Assembly: GCA_039190745.1 (NCBI GenBank)
Contig: JBCCXZ010000016.1
Span: forward strand, 1-63,298
Reading direction: 5' to 3'
Origin: Planctomycetota bacterium
Lineage (GTDB): Bacteria > Planctomycetota > Planctomycetia > Pirellulales > Lacipirellulaceae
DNA length: 63,298 bases
A program made the translations under genes and the position numbers. Shown here in pieces: positions 1-9,009 of the stretch; positions within the stretch are counted from its first letter, which is position 1, and each line of letters opens with the position of its first letter. Under the pieces are notes generated by a model, which saw only the letters and a list, made by a program, of their open reading frames with translations, was not told the DNA's origin and did no database searches.

Positions 1-25
1 GCGCAGACCTGGATGGTGTGCTCCC

Positions 26-44
26 CACTGGCGAGACGCCAGTG
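26..44. repeat. REP-like palindrome CACTGGCG-AGA-CGCCAGTG
   Basis: Perfect 8-bp stem with 3-nt loop, intergenic, downstream of the 111..1112 gene. Confidence 0.6.
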
Positions 45-59
45 CCACCCCCTCATCCA

Positions 60-104
60 ACAATCCGCATTCCGAAATCCGCATTCCGAAATCCGCAATC
101 CGCA
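60..104. repeat. Heptamer tandem repeat (ATCCGCA/TTCCGAA units)
   Basis: aatccgcattccgaaatccgcattccgaaatccgcaatccgcac, directly after a gene stop. Confidence 0.8.
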
Positions 105-110
105 CTTCGT

Positions 111-1112
111 TCATTCGTCCGAAAACGCCGCGTCAAACTGCACGTTCGCGCTCTTAAAGTCGAGTCGACGCACAAACTCGCAAGCCTCGGTCGCCCCGTG
201 GAAGCGGTCCATCCGCGCGTCCTCCCACTCTACTGACAACGGCCCGGTGTAGTCGATGTCGTTCAGCGCCCGGATGATCTCCTCGAAGTTCACCCCGCCC
301 CGGCCCGGCGAGCGGAAGTCCCACCCCCGCCGCGCGTCGCCGAAGTTCAGGTGGCTCGCCAAGATGCCCGTCTTCCCGTTGAGCGTCACGATCGCGTCCT
401 TCACGTGGCAGTGGTAAATCCGGTCGGGGAACGCCCGGATGAACTCCACCGGGTCCACCCCCTGCCACAGCAGGTGGCTCGGGTCGAAGTTGAACCCGAA
501 CGCCTCGCGCAGGTGCAGCGCGTCGAGGGCCTTCTCGGCCGTGTAGATGTCAAACGCGATCTCCGTCGGGTGCACCTCCAGCGCGAACCGCACGCCGCAC
601 TCGCCGAACACGTCGAGGATCGGGTTCCACCGGTCGGCGAACTGCTGGAAACCCTCCTCGAGGGTCGACTCCGGCACCGGCGGGAACGAGTACAGCAGCG
701 GCCAGATCGCCGACCCCGTGAACCCGTTCACCACGTCCACGCCCAGCGCCTTGGCCGCCCGGGCCGCGTTCTTCACGTCCTCGGCCGCCCGCGCGTTCAC
801 GCCGGCCGGGTCGCCGTCGCCCCACACGTGCGGCGGCAGTATCGCCTCGTGCCGCGAGTCGATCGCGTCGCACACCGCCTGCCCCACCAGGTGGGTGCTG
901 ATCGCGTAGCACTCCATCCCCTGCCGCGCGAGCTGATCGCGCTTCGCCTTGGCGTACCCGTCGAAGTCTTCAGCGGCCTTGTTCACCTCAAAATGGTCGC
1001 CCCAGCAGGCCAGCTCGAGCCCGTCGTAGCCGATCTCCTTCATCGACCGCGCCAAGTCGTCCAGCGCCAGGTCGGCCCACTGCCCGGTAAACATCGTCAA
1101 AGGTCGCGGCAT
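111..1112 (-). CDS. Sugar phosphate isomerase/epimerase (AP endonuclease 2 TIM barrel, IolE-like)
   Basis: [27 protein letters not shown] and SVEWED metal-binding motifs; start trimmed to [12 protein letters not shown]. Confidence 0.9.
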   Translation of the reverse strand: MPRPLTMFTGQWADLALDDLARSMKEIGYDGLELACWGDHFEVNKAAEDFDGYAKAKRDQLARQGMECYAISTHLVGQAVCDAIDSRHEAILPPHVWGDGDPAGVNARAAEDVKNAARAAKALGVDVVNGFTGSAIWPLLYSFPPVPESTLEEGFQQFADRWNPILDVFGECGVRFALEVHPTEIAFDIYTAEKALDALHLREAFGFNFDPSHLLWQGVDPVEFIRAFPDRIYHCHVKDAIVTLNGKTGILASHLNFGDARRGWDFRSPGRGGVNFEEIIRALNDIDYTGPLSVEWEDARMDRFHGATEACEFVRRLDFKSANVQFDAAFSDE

Positions 1113-1429
1113 CGAAACGGCTCCTGAACAGGTCACTGCGGAAGAGGGGCGGACGGTCAAACCCGCATTTTCCCGAATCGAGGAGCGTTGGCAACCTGCT
1201 TAGCCGAGCCACAAGTCCGACGATCGGCCAGCAATCACGTCTCGGTAGCCTTCCAAGATTGCCTCGCGGATAGCAGACGCTTCAGAAGCAATCTCGCCTT
1301 CTCTTTCGTTTGGCATGAAAACGGGTTCCCTGCTAGGAGGAAGAGTGGCGTTGAAGAACCAATACTCAGTGCCATGCACACGCTCGGGTAGGCACTCTCC
1401 ATCGCAGCATCCTGAAGGCCACTCAGAAC

Positions 1430-2053
1430 TCAGTCACCATTCGCGTCGTGCCAACTCTGAGTGCGTCCGTAAGGCCTCTTTAAGAGCATCACATTGAGGG
1501 CGATTACTGCGAGCAGGGCAGCAGTCGGCTCAGGGATCGATGCGATACCATAAGGAACTTTGCCTTCAACCGAAGTACTAAGAAGGGCACCAGGTTGACC
1601 ATAAATTGCCAAGGCAGCCAGCGAGTCAGAAACCACGTGCCACGAAACTGCAAGCGTTTCGCTTGGGTAGTATTCGTTGATACCTGAGAAACCGGGCAAC
1701 TCCCCCTCGAACCCAAGGTGAGTAGTAAACGGTTCCCCCGCAAGAAAGAGGTCGCTATCGCTCGCGAAGACGCCGCGAAGATCGCCCAGTCGAGCCGTCT
1801 GCAACGTAAAGTGAAACGGATACTGCCCAACGACCTTGATATCGAAGTCGACGATATTCTCCGCCGCAAGCTCGCCCAGGGTGCCGTCGGTCTTGATGTA
1901 TCCGTTTCCGAATAAGAATTGAGGTCCTACCCAAGGGTACTGAGGAGGTGAGTATGACCACACAGTTGTCGGAATATGGTAAGTCTTCGCCGATGCCAAG
2001 GGAGCATAGAATAGGAATGCGAGTAGAAGGCTTGCAACTCTCTTGAGTGTCAT
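1430..2053 (-). CDS. PEP-CTERM sorting-domain surface protein
   Basis: Signal peptide (..PLASA); C-terminal IPEPTAALLAVIALNVMLLKR; lower GC than neighbours. Confidence 0.75.
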   Translation of the reverse strand: MTLKRVASLLLAFLFYAPLASAKTYHIPTTVWSYSPPQYPWVGPQFLFGNGYIKTDGTLGELAAENIVDFDIKVVGQYPFHFTLQTARLGDLRGVFASDSDLFLAGEPFTTHLGFEGELPGFSGINEYYPSETLAVSWHVVSDSLAALAIYGQPGALLSTSVEGKVPYGIASIPEPTAALLAVIALNVMLLKRPYGRTQSWHDANGD

Positions 2054-2204
2054 AAGATCGCCTCTTGGGCTTCTGGGCATCGTCTACTTTGGCTAGGCCA
2101 GCCACTTGTTCAGGTGGGAGGTTACGCGACCAAATGCCCATCTGCAAAGTGCGATTTGTGGAGCGACGGCAAGTGCAATTCCACACCCTGCTGGCGCCTG
2201 TACC

Positions 2205-2660
2205 CACTCTTTAGTGCATTCCTATTTATCAATCTTCTCCGTAGAAAATGGCCACCCCACACAATATACTGTACACCCAATCACTACCGTTCTTTGACAA
2301 CCAACACTCCCCAAGAGGCACAGCACTCAGCGCCCCCTCTGCGCCTTAGCGCCTTTGCGAGAAACCTCCCTTCTGTCTTTCAAACCAATCGAACCCCAAG
2401 CAGAACCCCCAACCCAACAGCATCCAGCAAGCTCCCCTAACCCCAACCGCAACCACCACTTCGCACCCGCAGCACAACCCAACCCCAGCCGCCTTCTGCA
2501 AAGCGCATAGAACCAAAACCCCAACGAGTTTCGTCCGCGCGTTGATAGCCGCCGACCTACGCGTCGGCGGCAAACCCGCCATCGACCCCGACAGAACAAA
2601 CCGACTTCCGTCCACGCCATGCGTGATCGCGGATTCCGCGACAAAAGAGAAAGCCACACT
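2205..2660 (+). other. Non-coding dispersed element, copy 1 (promoter + boxA-like motif + structured 3' block)
   Basis: Collinear similarity to 32851-33310; see findings. Confidence 0.65.
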
Positions 2661-2669
2661 CCAAGAAAC

Positions 2670-4505
2670 TCAGAGCAGCTCCTCAAGCTGCCCCACCAGC
2701 AGCTCGAAACGGTCCAGCGCCGTCAGCACCGGCTCCGGCTGGCTCATATCCACCCCCGCGTCACGCAGCAGCTCCAGCGGGTACTTCGTCCGACCCGCCT
2801 TCAAGAACGAAAGGTAATCCCCCAACTCCCGCTTCCCGCCGTTGAGCACCCGCTCCGAGAGCGCGATCGCCGCCGACAAACCCGTCGCGTACTGGTACAC
2901 GTAGAACGCCCGGTAGAAGTGCGGGATCCGCAAACACTCCAGCCGCAGCTCGTCGTCCACCACGAACTTCGGCCCGAAGTAGTCGGCCAGCAGCTTGCCG
3001 TATTCCTCCTTCAGCCGGTCGACCGTCAGCGGCTCCCCCGCCTCGGCCAGCTCGTGGATCACCTTCTCGAACTCGGCGAACATCGTCTGGCGGATGATCG
3101 TCCCGCGGATGCCGTCGATCTCGAGGTTGATCAGGTAAGCCCGCTCCGCGTCCGACTTCGCCCGCTCGATCAGCCGCCGACCGAGTAACTGCTCGTTGAA
3201 CGTGCTCGCCACCTCGGCAACAAAAATCACATAGTTGTAATCCTGGTACGGCTGCGACTTCGCCGAGAAGTAGCTGTGCATCGAGTGCCCCGCCTCGTGG
3301 GCGAGCGTGAACACGTGGTCCAGCACCTTCGGCTGGTAGTTCATCATGATGTACGGCGCCCCGTCGAAGGTGCCGTAGCTGAACGCCCCGCTCTGCTTCC
3401 CGCGGTTGGGGTACCGGTCGCACCACCGCCCGTCGGTCAGCCCGTGCCGCAGCACCCCGCAGTACTCCGAACCCAACGGCTCCAGTGATTCCATCACCAC
3501 ATCAACAGCCTGCTTCCACGTCCGCCGCTGATCCAGGTCCGCCAAGATCGGCACGTAGGTGTCGTAGTGATGGATCTCGCTCAGCTTCATCTTCCGCCGA
3601 CGCAGCTCGAAGTACCGGTGCACCGCCGGCAACCGGCTCCGCACCGACGCGATCAGGTTGTCGTACACCGCCGGCTCGACGTCGTCGTCGAACAACGCCG
3701 AAGCCAAGGCGCTCTCGTAGCCGCGGGCCTTGGCGTAGTACACGTCAGCCTGCACCGAGCCGCTCAGCGTCGCGGCCAGCGAGTTCTCGTGCCCCGCAAA
3801 CACCTTGTAGAACTGATGGAACGCCGCCTTCCGCACCCGCCGGCTCGGCGAACGCAGCAGCGTCGCGAACGACGACTGCGACAGCTCTACCGACACGCCG
3901 TCCTCGTCCTTCACCTCGCCGAACGTGAAATCCGCGTCGGTCAGCTGACCGAACACCGTCCGGGCCGTGGAGGCCATCTCGCCCTGCATCGCGAGCAGCC
4001 GCTCCTCCTTGCCGCTAAGCGTGTGCGGCCGGTAACGAGCGATCCGATCAAGCATACCCCGGTAGGGCTTCAACTCCTTCGAATCCAGCAGCTTGGCGAA
4101 CTTTGCCTTGGGGATCCCCAGCAGCTCGGGCCGGATGTAGCTGGCCAGCTCCGCCGCCTCGCTCGCCGCGTGCCGGTAGCGGCCCATCATCCGCTGGTAG
4201 TCGCTCGCGGCGGTGTCCTCGGCCGTCTTCAGGAAGGCGTAGACGCCCAGCCGCTCGGCCTGCCGATCGAACTTCGTGTCGAACTTCAAACAAGCCGCAA
4301 GCGCCACGGGCCCGTCGCCCAGCGTGCCGCGGAACTTCTCGTACTGCTTGATGCTCTTGCGCCACTTCTCGAACGCCGCTTCCCAAGCCGCGTCGTCGTC
4401 AAACAGGCTCGTCAGGTCCCAGGTATCCGGCTCCTTCACCGCCGACCGCTTCGGCAACGACGCGGTCTTCAGTTTGGCGGGGCGCTTCTTGAGGGTCGTG
4501 CTCAC
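2670..4505 (-). CDS. pepF: Oligoendopeptidase F (M3B)
   Basis: WDLTSLF N-terminus, GKQSGAFS, TLAHEAGHSMHS, FVAEVAST, IPHFY..FYVYQYATG. Confidence 0.95.
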   Translation of the reverse strand: MSTTLKKRPAKLKTASLPKRSAVKEPDTWDLTSLFDDDAAWEAAFEKWRKSIKQYEKFRGTLGDGPVALAACLKFDTKFDRQAERLGVYAFLKTAEDTAASDYQRMMGRYRHAASEAAELASYIRPELLGIPKAKFAKLLDSKELKPYRGMLDRIARYRPHTLSGKEERLLAMQGEMASTARTVFGQLTDADFTFGEVKDEDGVSVELSQSSFATLLRSPSRRVRKAAFHQFYKVFAGHENSLAATLSGSVQADVYYAKARGYESALASALFDDDVEPAVYDNLIASVRSRLPAVHRYFELRRRKMKLSEIHHYDTYVPILADLDQRRTWKQAVDVVMESLEPLGSEYCGVLRHGLTDGRWCDRYPNRGKQSGAFSYGTFDGAPYIMMNYQPKVLDHVFTLAHEAGHSMHSYFSAKSQPYQDYNYVIFVAEVASTFNEQLLGRRLIERAKSDAERAYLINLEIDGIRGTIIRQTMFAEFEKVIHELAEAGEPLTVDRLKEEYGKLLADYFGPKFVVDDELRLECLRIPHFYRAFYVYQYATGLSAAIALSERVLNGGKRELGDYLSFLKAGRTKYPLELLRDAGVDMSQPEPVLTALDRFELLVGQLEELL

Positions 4506-4556
4506 AGTGGTGTCCTTCCAGTAGCAAGAGAGAACGGGGGCAGCAAACCGCCGCGG

Positions 4557-5576
4557 CTACCATCGCCACGCGATCGTGCCCCAAGTCAGCCCGGCGCCAA
4601 AGCCCATCATCATCAGCAGGTCGCCCCGCGAGACGCGCCCCTCCCGCACCGCCTCGTCGAGCAGGATCGGCACCGTCCCCGCCGAGGTGTTGCCGTAGCG
4701 GTCCAGGTGCATCAGCACGCGCTCGTGATCGATCCCGAGGCCCTCGACGGCGGCATCCAAAATCCGCGAGTTCGCCTGGTGCAGCAGCCACCAGCGGACG
4801 TCGCCCGGTGCGATCCCGCCGCCGTCGCAGACGTGGCGGGCCGAATGCTCGACCAGTCGCACGGCCCATTTGAACACCGCCCGGCCGTCCATCTGCATGA
4901 ACCAACTGCCGTCGTCGGGCCGGTCGACGGCGAACGGCGTCTCCGCCCCGCCGGTCGGGCGGGCGAGCAGGTCGATGCCCGAGCCGTCCGCCCCGAGTGT
5001 GAACGCAACCGCGCCCTGGTCCTCTTCGCCCGGGGCCAACACCACCGCGCCGGCGCCGTCGCCAAAGAGCGGGTAGGTCTTGTCGTCGCGGGGGTCGACC
5101 ACCCGCGAGTTCGCGTCCGCGCCGATGACGAGCACGCAACGGCTGGCGCCCGTGGCGACAAACTGCATGCCCGTCGCCAGGGCATACGTGAATCCCGAGC
5201 AAGCAGCAGATACATCGACGGCGCCGCAGCGGAGCCCCAGTCGGTGCTGGACGGCCGTGGCCGTGGCCGGCATCAGTTTATCCGGCGACAGGGTGGCCAA
5301 GACCACCAGATCGATCTCGCTCCTGGGCACGCCGGCCGCTTCTATTGCTTTCTCGGCCGCCCCCACGGCGAGGTCGCCGGTGCTCATGCAGGGGGTCACG
5401 TGCCGCCGCTCGCGGATGCCGGTGCGGCGCACGATCCAATCCGAGTCGTGCCCCAGCGCGGCGAGGTCTTCGTTGGTCACGACGTTGTCGGGCAGGCAGC
5501 TGCCTGTGCCGACGATCCGAACGCCGGTGAGGCTCCGGACGGGCGAACCCAAGACGGTCGGTTCCTGATCGCTCAT
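4557..5576 (-). CDS. fabH: 3-oxoacyl-ACP synthase III
   Basis: AACSGF (Cys), LFGDGAGA, HQAN (His), GNTSA (Asn), GFGAGLTW; start trimmed to MSDQEPT. Confidence 0.93.
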   Translation of the reverse strand: MSDQEPTVLGSPVRSLTGVRIVGTGSCLPDNVVTNEDLAALGHDSDWIVRRTGIRERRHVTPCMSTGDLAVGAAEKAIEAAGVPRSEIDLVVLATLSPDKLMPATATAVQHRLGLRCGAVDVSAACSGFTYALATGMQFVATGASRCVLVIGADANSRVVDPRDDKTYPLFGDGAGAVVLAPGEEDQGAVAFTLGADGSGIDLLARPTGGAETPFAVDRPDDGSWFMQMDGRAVFKWAVRLVEHSARHVCDGGGIAPGDVRWWLLHQANSRILDAAVEGLGIDHERVLMHLDRYGNTSAGTVPILLDEAVREGRVSRGDLLMMMGFGAGLTWGTIAWRW

Positions 5577-5693
5577 GGCTGGCCGCCAGCGGTGGGGTGC
5601 CTCGGCCGACCAACGTCGCAGGGGCGGGCTCCACGCCCGCGGTCGCCGACACAGCAACGTACGCCCTGCCCCGGGGGGCCGCAAGCCCGCGGC

Positions 5694-6380
5694 TCAGCCC
5701 GCCTTCTTCGCACGGGGCCGCCGGCACTCGTACAACACCGCGTTGCCCTGCTTGCCGACCACCCGCGCCGCCTTGGTCTCTCGCAGGCAATACGCCACCC
5801 GCTGGGCGAGCCAGCGTTGGACGCCCAACGCCTCGGCCAGGTGCCCCGTATGAAAGGGCCTCGGAAGATCGGTCGGCAACAGACGGATCAGGTCGCTCAG
5901 CGTGCGGAACCGGTGCGTCTCGACGACCGCGGTCAGGAGTTGATCCTGCACCTGGTGGTCGGTCTGCCGACGCCGACGCCGCTTCCCGTGGCCTGGGTAC
6001 CGCAGCTCTTCGACCTCGACGAGGGCCGCTTCGAGCGTCAGCCTCTGGTGCGGGAACACGCGCGTAAAGTAGATCAGCTCGTGGAACAGGTCGAACAGGC
6101 CGCACCGCTTCGGGCTCCGCCGGCGGCTCACTTCGCTGCCGCCCTTGCCGTCGAGCTTCACCAACACCTTCTTCGCCACGATCGGCTTCACCACCAGCAC
6201 GCTGTGCTCTTGCAACAGCGCGGCGACCTTGTCGCGGATGGCCGCCAGCGAGCCGTGCTGGATCTCGATCAGCCGGCCGCGCGAGACCGCGTCGATCCGG
6301 TACCCGCCCAGCGGCACCTCCGTCCGCGAGGCGTCGGGCGCGTAGTGCTCTTTGAGTTGCCGGTGCAGCGAGGTTTCCAT
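5694..6380 (-). CDS. Conserved hypothetical protein, PD-(D/E)XK nuclease-like
   Basis: LH..LK, RIDA..LIEIQ motif and C-terminal HTH-like segment. Confidence 0.6.
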   Translation of the reverse strand: METSLHRQLKEHYAPDASRTEVPLGGYRIDAVSRGRLIEIQHGSLAAIRDKVAALLQEHSVLVVKPIVAKKVLVKLDGKGGSEVSRRRSPKRCGLFDLFHELIYFTRVFPHQRLTLEAALVEVEELRYPGHGKRRRRRQTDHQVQDQLLTAVVETHRFRTLSDLIRLLPTDLPRPFHTGHLAEALGVQRWLAQRVAYCLRETKAARVVGKQGNAVLYECRRPRAKKAG

Positions 6381-6410
6381 CCTTGGACGCCCGTGCGGAA
6401 GAGTGATCGA

Positions 6411-6965
6411 TCAGCCGCTCGGCGGGTCGATGCCGAAGTCCTGAACGGTAAACAGCGTGGTGAGTTCGTACCCTTTCTCGGCGAACGCCTCGCGGCCGCC
6501 CTCCATGCGGTCGATGATTGCGAGCACGCGGTCGACCTTGAGCCCGACGGCCTCGCAGTGCTCGATCGCCTTGAGCGACGAGCCGCCGGTAGTGACGACG
6601 TCTTCGACGATCACCAATCGCTCGCCCTCTTGGAACGGACCCTCGACGTGCTTGCCCGTGCCGTGGCCCTTGGGCTCTTTGCGGACCATCACGCCGCGGA
6701 GCTTCTCGCCGCGCACCCCGGCCAGCGTCAGGATCGCCGCGGTGATGGGGTCGGCGCCGATCGCCATGCCGCCAACCAACTCGGGCGGGTCGTCCCTGAG
6801 CAGGTCGAGCATCCCCTCTCCGATGAGCTTTGCGCCGGCCGCGTCGAGCGTCACCTGGCGGCAGTCGAGGTAGTAGCTGGCTTTCTTGCCCGAGGCGAGC
6901 GTGAAATCGCCGAACTTGAGTGCGTTCTCTCGGATCAGGTCGGCCAGCGATTGGCGGTCGTACAT
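6411..6965 (-). CDS. pyrE: Orotate phosphoribosyltransferase
   Basis: GDFTLASG, VRKEPKGHG, VIVEDVVTTGGS PRPP motif. Confidence 0.95.
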   Translation of the reverse strand: MYDRQSLADLIRENALKFGDFTLASGKKASYYLDCRQVTLDAAGAKLIGEGMLDLLRDDPPELVGGMAIGADPITAAILTLAGVRGEKLRGVMVRKEPKGHGTGKHVEGPFQEGERLVIVEDVVTTGGSSLKAIEHCEAVGLKVDRVLAIIDRMEGGREAFAEKGYELTTLFTVQDFGIDPPSG

Positions 6966-7060
6966 CGGGGGATGCTCGGCGGGAAAGGGTGGTGCGATCC
7001 CGCGGGGTATACCACGAGCACGGCCGCGGTTTAAGGGGCTGAGGGTGTTGCAGCCGCCCG

Positions 7061-8362
7061 CTACCGCCGGATGACCACCCGCGAACCGACGGAGACGATG
7101 TCGAACAGGTCTTCCATGTCGCCTGGGCTCAGACGGACAACCCGACCCGGCGGGTCCGCCGAAGCAGCTCCAGGGGCGGAAGGACCCCGGACGATGGCCA
7201 CCTGCCCGCCGCCCGCCACCGGGTTGGTGAGCATCAGGCTGCGTTCCTCGCTAGAACCGGTCGAGTAGACCGGCCCCGCAGCGCTCGGCGTGAGCAGCTT
7301 CTGGTCGACCGTCCACAGTCCGTCCTCCACGCTCGTGCCGGGTTCGATGTCCAACTCAAACCTACCGGCGTAGCGGCGCTGCAGCATCAACGTCATTGTG
7401 CGGCGATTGAAATCGACCACCGCCTCGAACGGGCCGCGCACCACCTTCAACTCGCTGCCGGGCGTCAAACCGGCAGGGTCTTCGACGCCGTTGATCTTGG
7501 CAAGAAGCTGCCACGGCACGTTGTACTCTTGGGCGATGTCCTGCAACCGCTGGCCGGCCTGAACACGGTACGGCGGTTCTAGCCGGTGCTCGGTCGAGTA
7601 GATCACGCTGCCGGCGAGTTGGCTGAGCAGCGTGCCGAGCTCCTGCTCTTCGCCGGGCGAAAGCGATGGGTCGCCGTACCAGTCCGAGAGCAGCAGCAAG
7701 GCCTGCGAGAGCTCGCCCCGGTCGAGCGCCGACTGCGCCGCAACACGCGTGGAGGCGAACAGAGAACCGGCCGGTTCGGTGGGCGTTACCGGGGGTTCTT
7801 CTAGCGCTGGGGGGGCTTGCGGGGCGGTGGAGGTTTGCGTGCCGTAGCGATCGCCGGCAGGAGGCGTAGGCGTGTTCTCCGCTGGCGGCGGGGCCAACTC
7901 CACAGCGGGCGCTTGGGCGACCGGAGGCGCAGCCGACGGGGGGTCGGGGTAGGCAGGAGCTACCCCAATGCCAACCGCCACGGGAACGCCACCGCCCGGC
8001 GCGGGTTCGCTGGACGGCGGAGCCTCTGGCGAGAACGTCGGCGCCGAATCAAACTGAGGCGCCTCGTCGGGAACGAACGCGGGTGGCGCTTCACCTGCGG
8101 CGGCTTCGGCGAAGGCCGGTCCGGCTGGCGCAGGGCTCGCATTGAACGCCGGAGGCAACTCCGAGGTGTCCGGCATGGCTCCCGGCCCAGCGAGGCCTCC
8201 CATTTCAAGGCTCGGCGGACCGCCGATACTGAGCTCCGAGGCAACATCCCAACCGGCCAAGTCCTGTGGCAGCTCCGGTTCCTTTGCGGTCATTCGGACG
8301 TAGAGAAAAACGCCCACCATTGCGAGAAGGACGATCGTTACGATGGGGCGGATAGTGCTCAC
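7061..8362 (-). CDS. Membrane-anchored LysM protein with degenerate YkuD (L,D-transpeptidase)-like C-terminus
   Basis: N-terminal TM, Pro/Ala-rich linker, LysM (YRVQAGQRLQDIAQEYNV..LAKINGV), YkuD-like tail. Confidence 0.8.
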   Translation of the reverse strand: MSTIRPIVTIVLLAMVGVFLYVRMTAKEPELPQDLAGWDVASELSIGGPPSLEMGGLAGPGAMPDTSELPPAFNASPAPAGPAFAEAAAGEAPPAFVPDEAPQFDSAPTFSPEAPPSSEPAPGGGVPVAVGIGVAPAYPDPPSAAPPVAQAPAVELAPPPAENTPTPPAGDRYGTQTSTAPQAPPALEEPPVTPTEPAGSLFASTRVAAQSALDRGELSQALLLLSDWYGDPSLSPGEEQELGTLLSQLAGSVIYSTEHRLEPPYRVQAGQRLQDIAQEYNVPWQLLAKINGVEDPAGLTPGSELKVVRGPFEAVVDFNRRTMTLMLQRRYAGRFELDIEPGTSVEDGLWTVDQKLLTPSAAGPVYSTGSSEERSLMLTNPVAGGGQVAIVRGPSAPGAASADPPGRVVRLSPGDMEDLFDIVSVGSRVVIRR

Positions 8363-8541
8363 GGTTTACAATCTCCCGATCGGGGCGGGCTTCTCCGAAA
8401 ACACCTCGGACGGCTCGCCGCCATAGAAACTCGCGGGATAGTAGTGGGGCCCGAAGTTGGACGCTACGGCATTCTTGCCGCCCCGCCGCACGACCGCATC
8501 AACCGCCTGCCTGGCAGAACACCAAGCGCAGACTACAAGCC

Positions 8542-9009
8542 ATGAAACGCAGGAGCCGCATGCTCACAACCGCCTTGGCGGCAGCCATCGTGCTGCTGCT
8601 AGCTCCCGTGCTAGCAACGGTCCTGATCGTTGACGACTGGTCCCGCGATCTCACTACGAACACGGCAACCACGTCGGCAGAATCAGCGGACCCCGGTCTG
8701 CGTCCGCTTCAGACTGAAGCCTCCGCAGAGCAACTCGCCGACGCGCTCCGCTCCTTCGCCAATCAGAACGGGGCATGGGAGCTCGTCGAGTCCTCAGGCA
8801 ACAGCCACAAACTAGTACGCACGACGGGGCTGTTGCGTTTCAAGGACGACGTCGTCATGACATTTTCCGCAACCGACAACGGCCTGCTCGTGGAGGCCTC
8901 TAGCGGGTCGAGGGTTGGCAAAGGCGATCTCGGGCAGAACCCACGGAACCTCAAGGAGCTGCTGAGCGGATTGAGCGAACGGCTCCCAGTGGTAAGCACA
9001 GGAAGCTAA
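8542..9009 (+). CDS. DUF1499 domain protein
   Basis: T..LRFKDDV and SGSRVGKGDLGQN..N signature. Confidence 0.85.
   Translation: MKRRSRMLTTALAAAIVLLLAPVLATVLIVDDWSRDLTTNTATTSAESADPGLRPLQTEASAEQLADALRSFANQNGAWELVESSGNSHKLVRTTGLLRFKDDVVMTFSATDNGLLVEASSGSRVGKGDLGQNPRNLKELLSGLSERLPVVSTGS

Noticed and set aside
2327..2686. Minus-strand ORFs over element copy 1, and ORFs 32961-33342 over copy 2
   Set aside because: No RBS or coding bias, and I could not see a reading frame kept between the two copies.
3567..7034. 1155-aa + strand ORF, and many other long overlapping ORFs (e.g. 20963-22387, 39502-41073, 58573-60048)
   Set aside because: Antisense shadows of clear genes in high-GC DNA; Arg/Pro-rich with no motifs.
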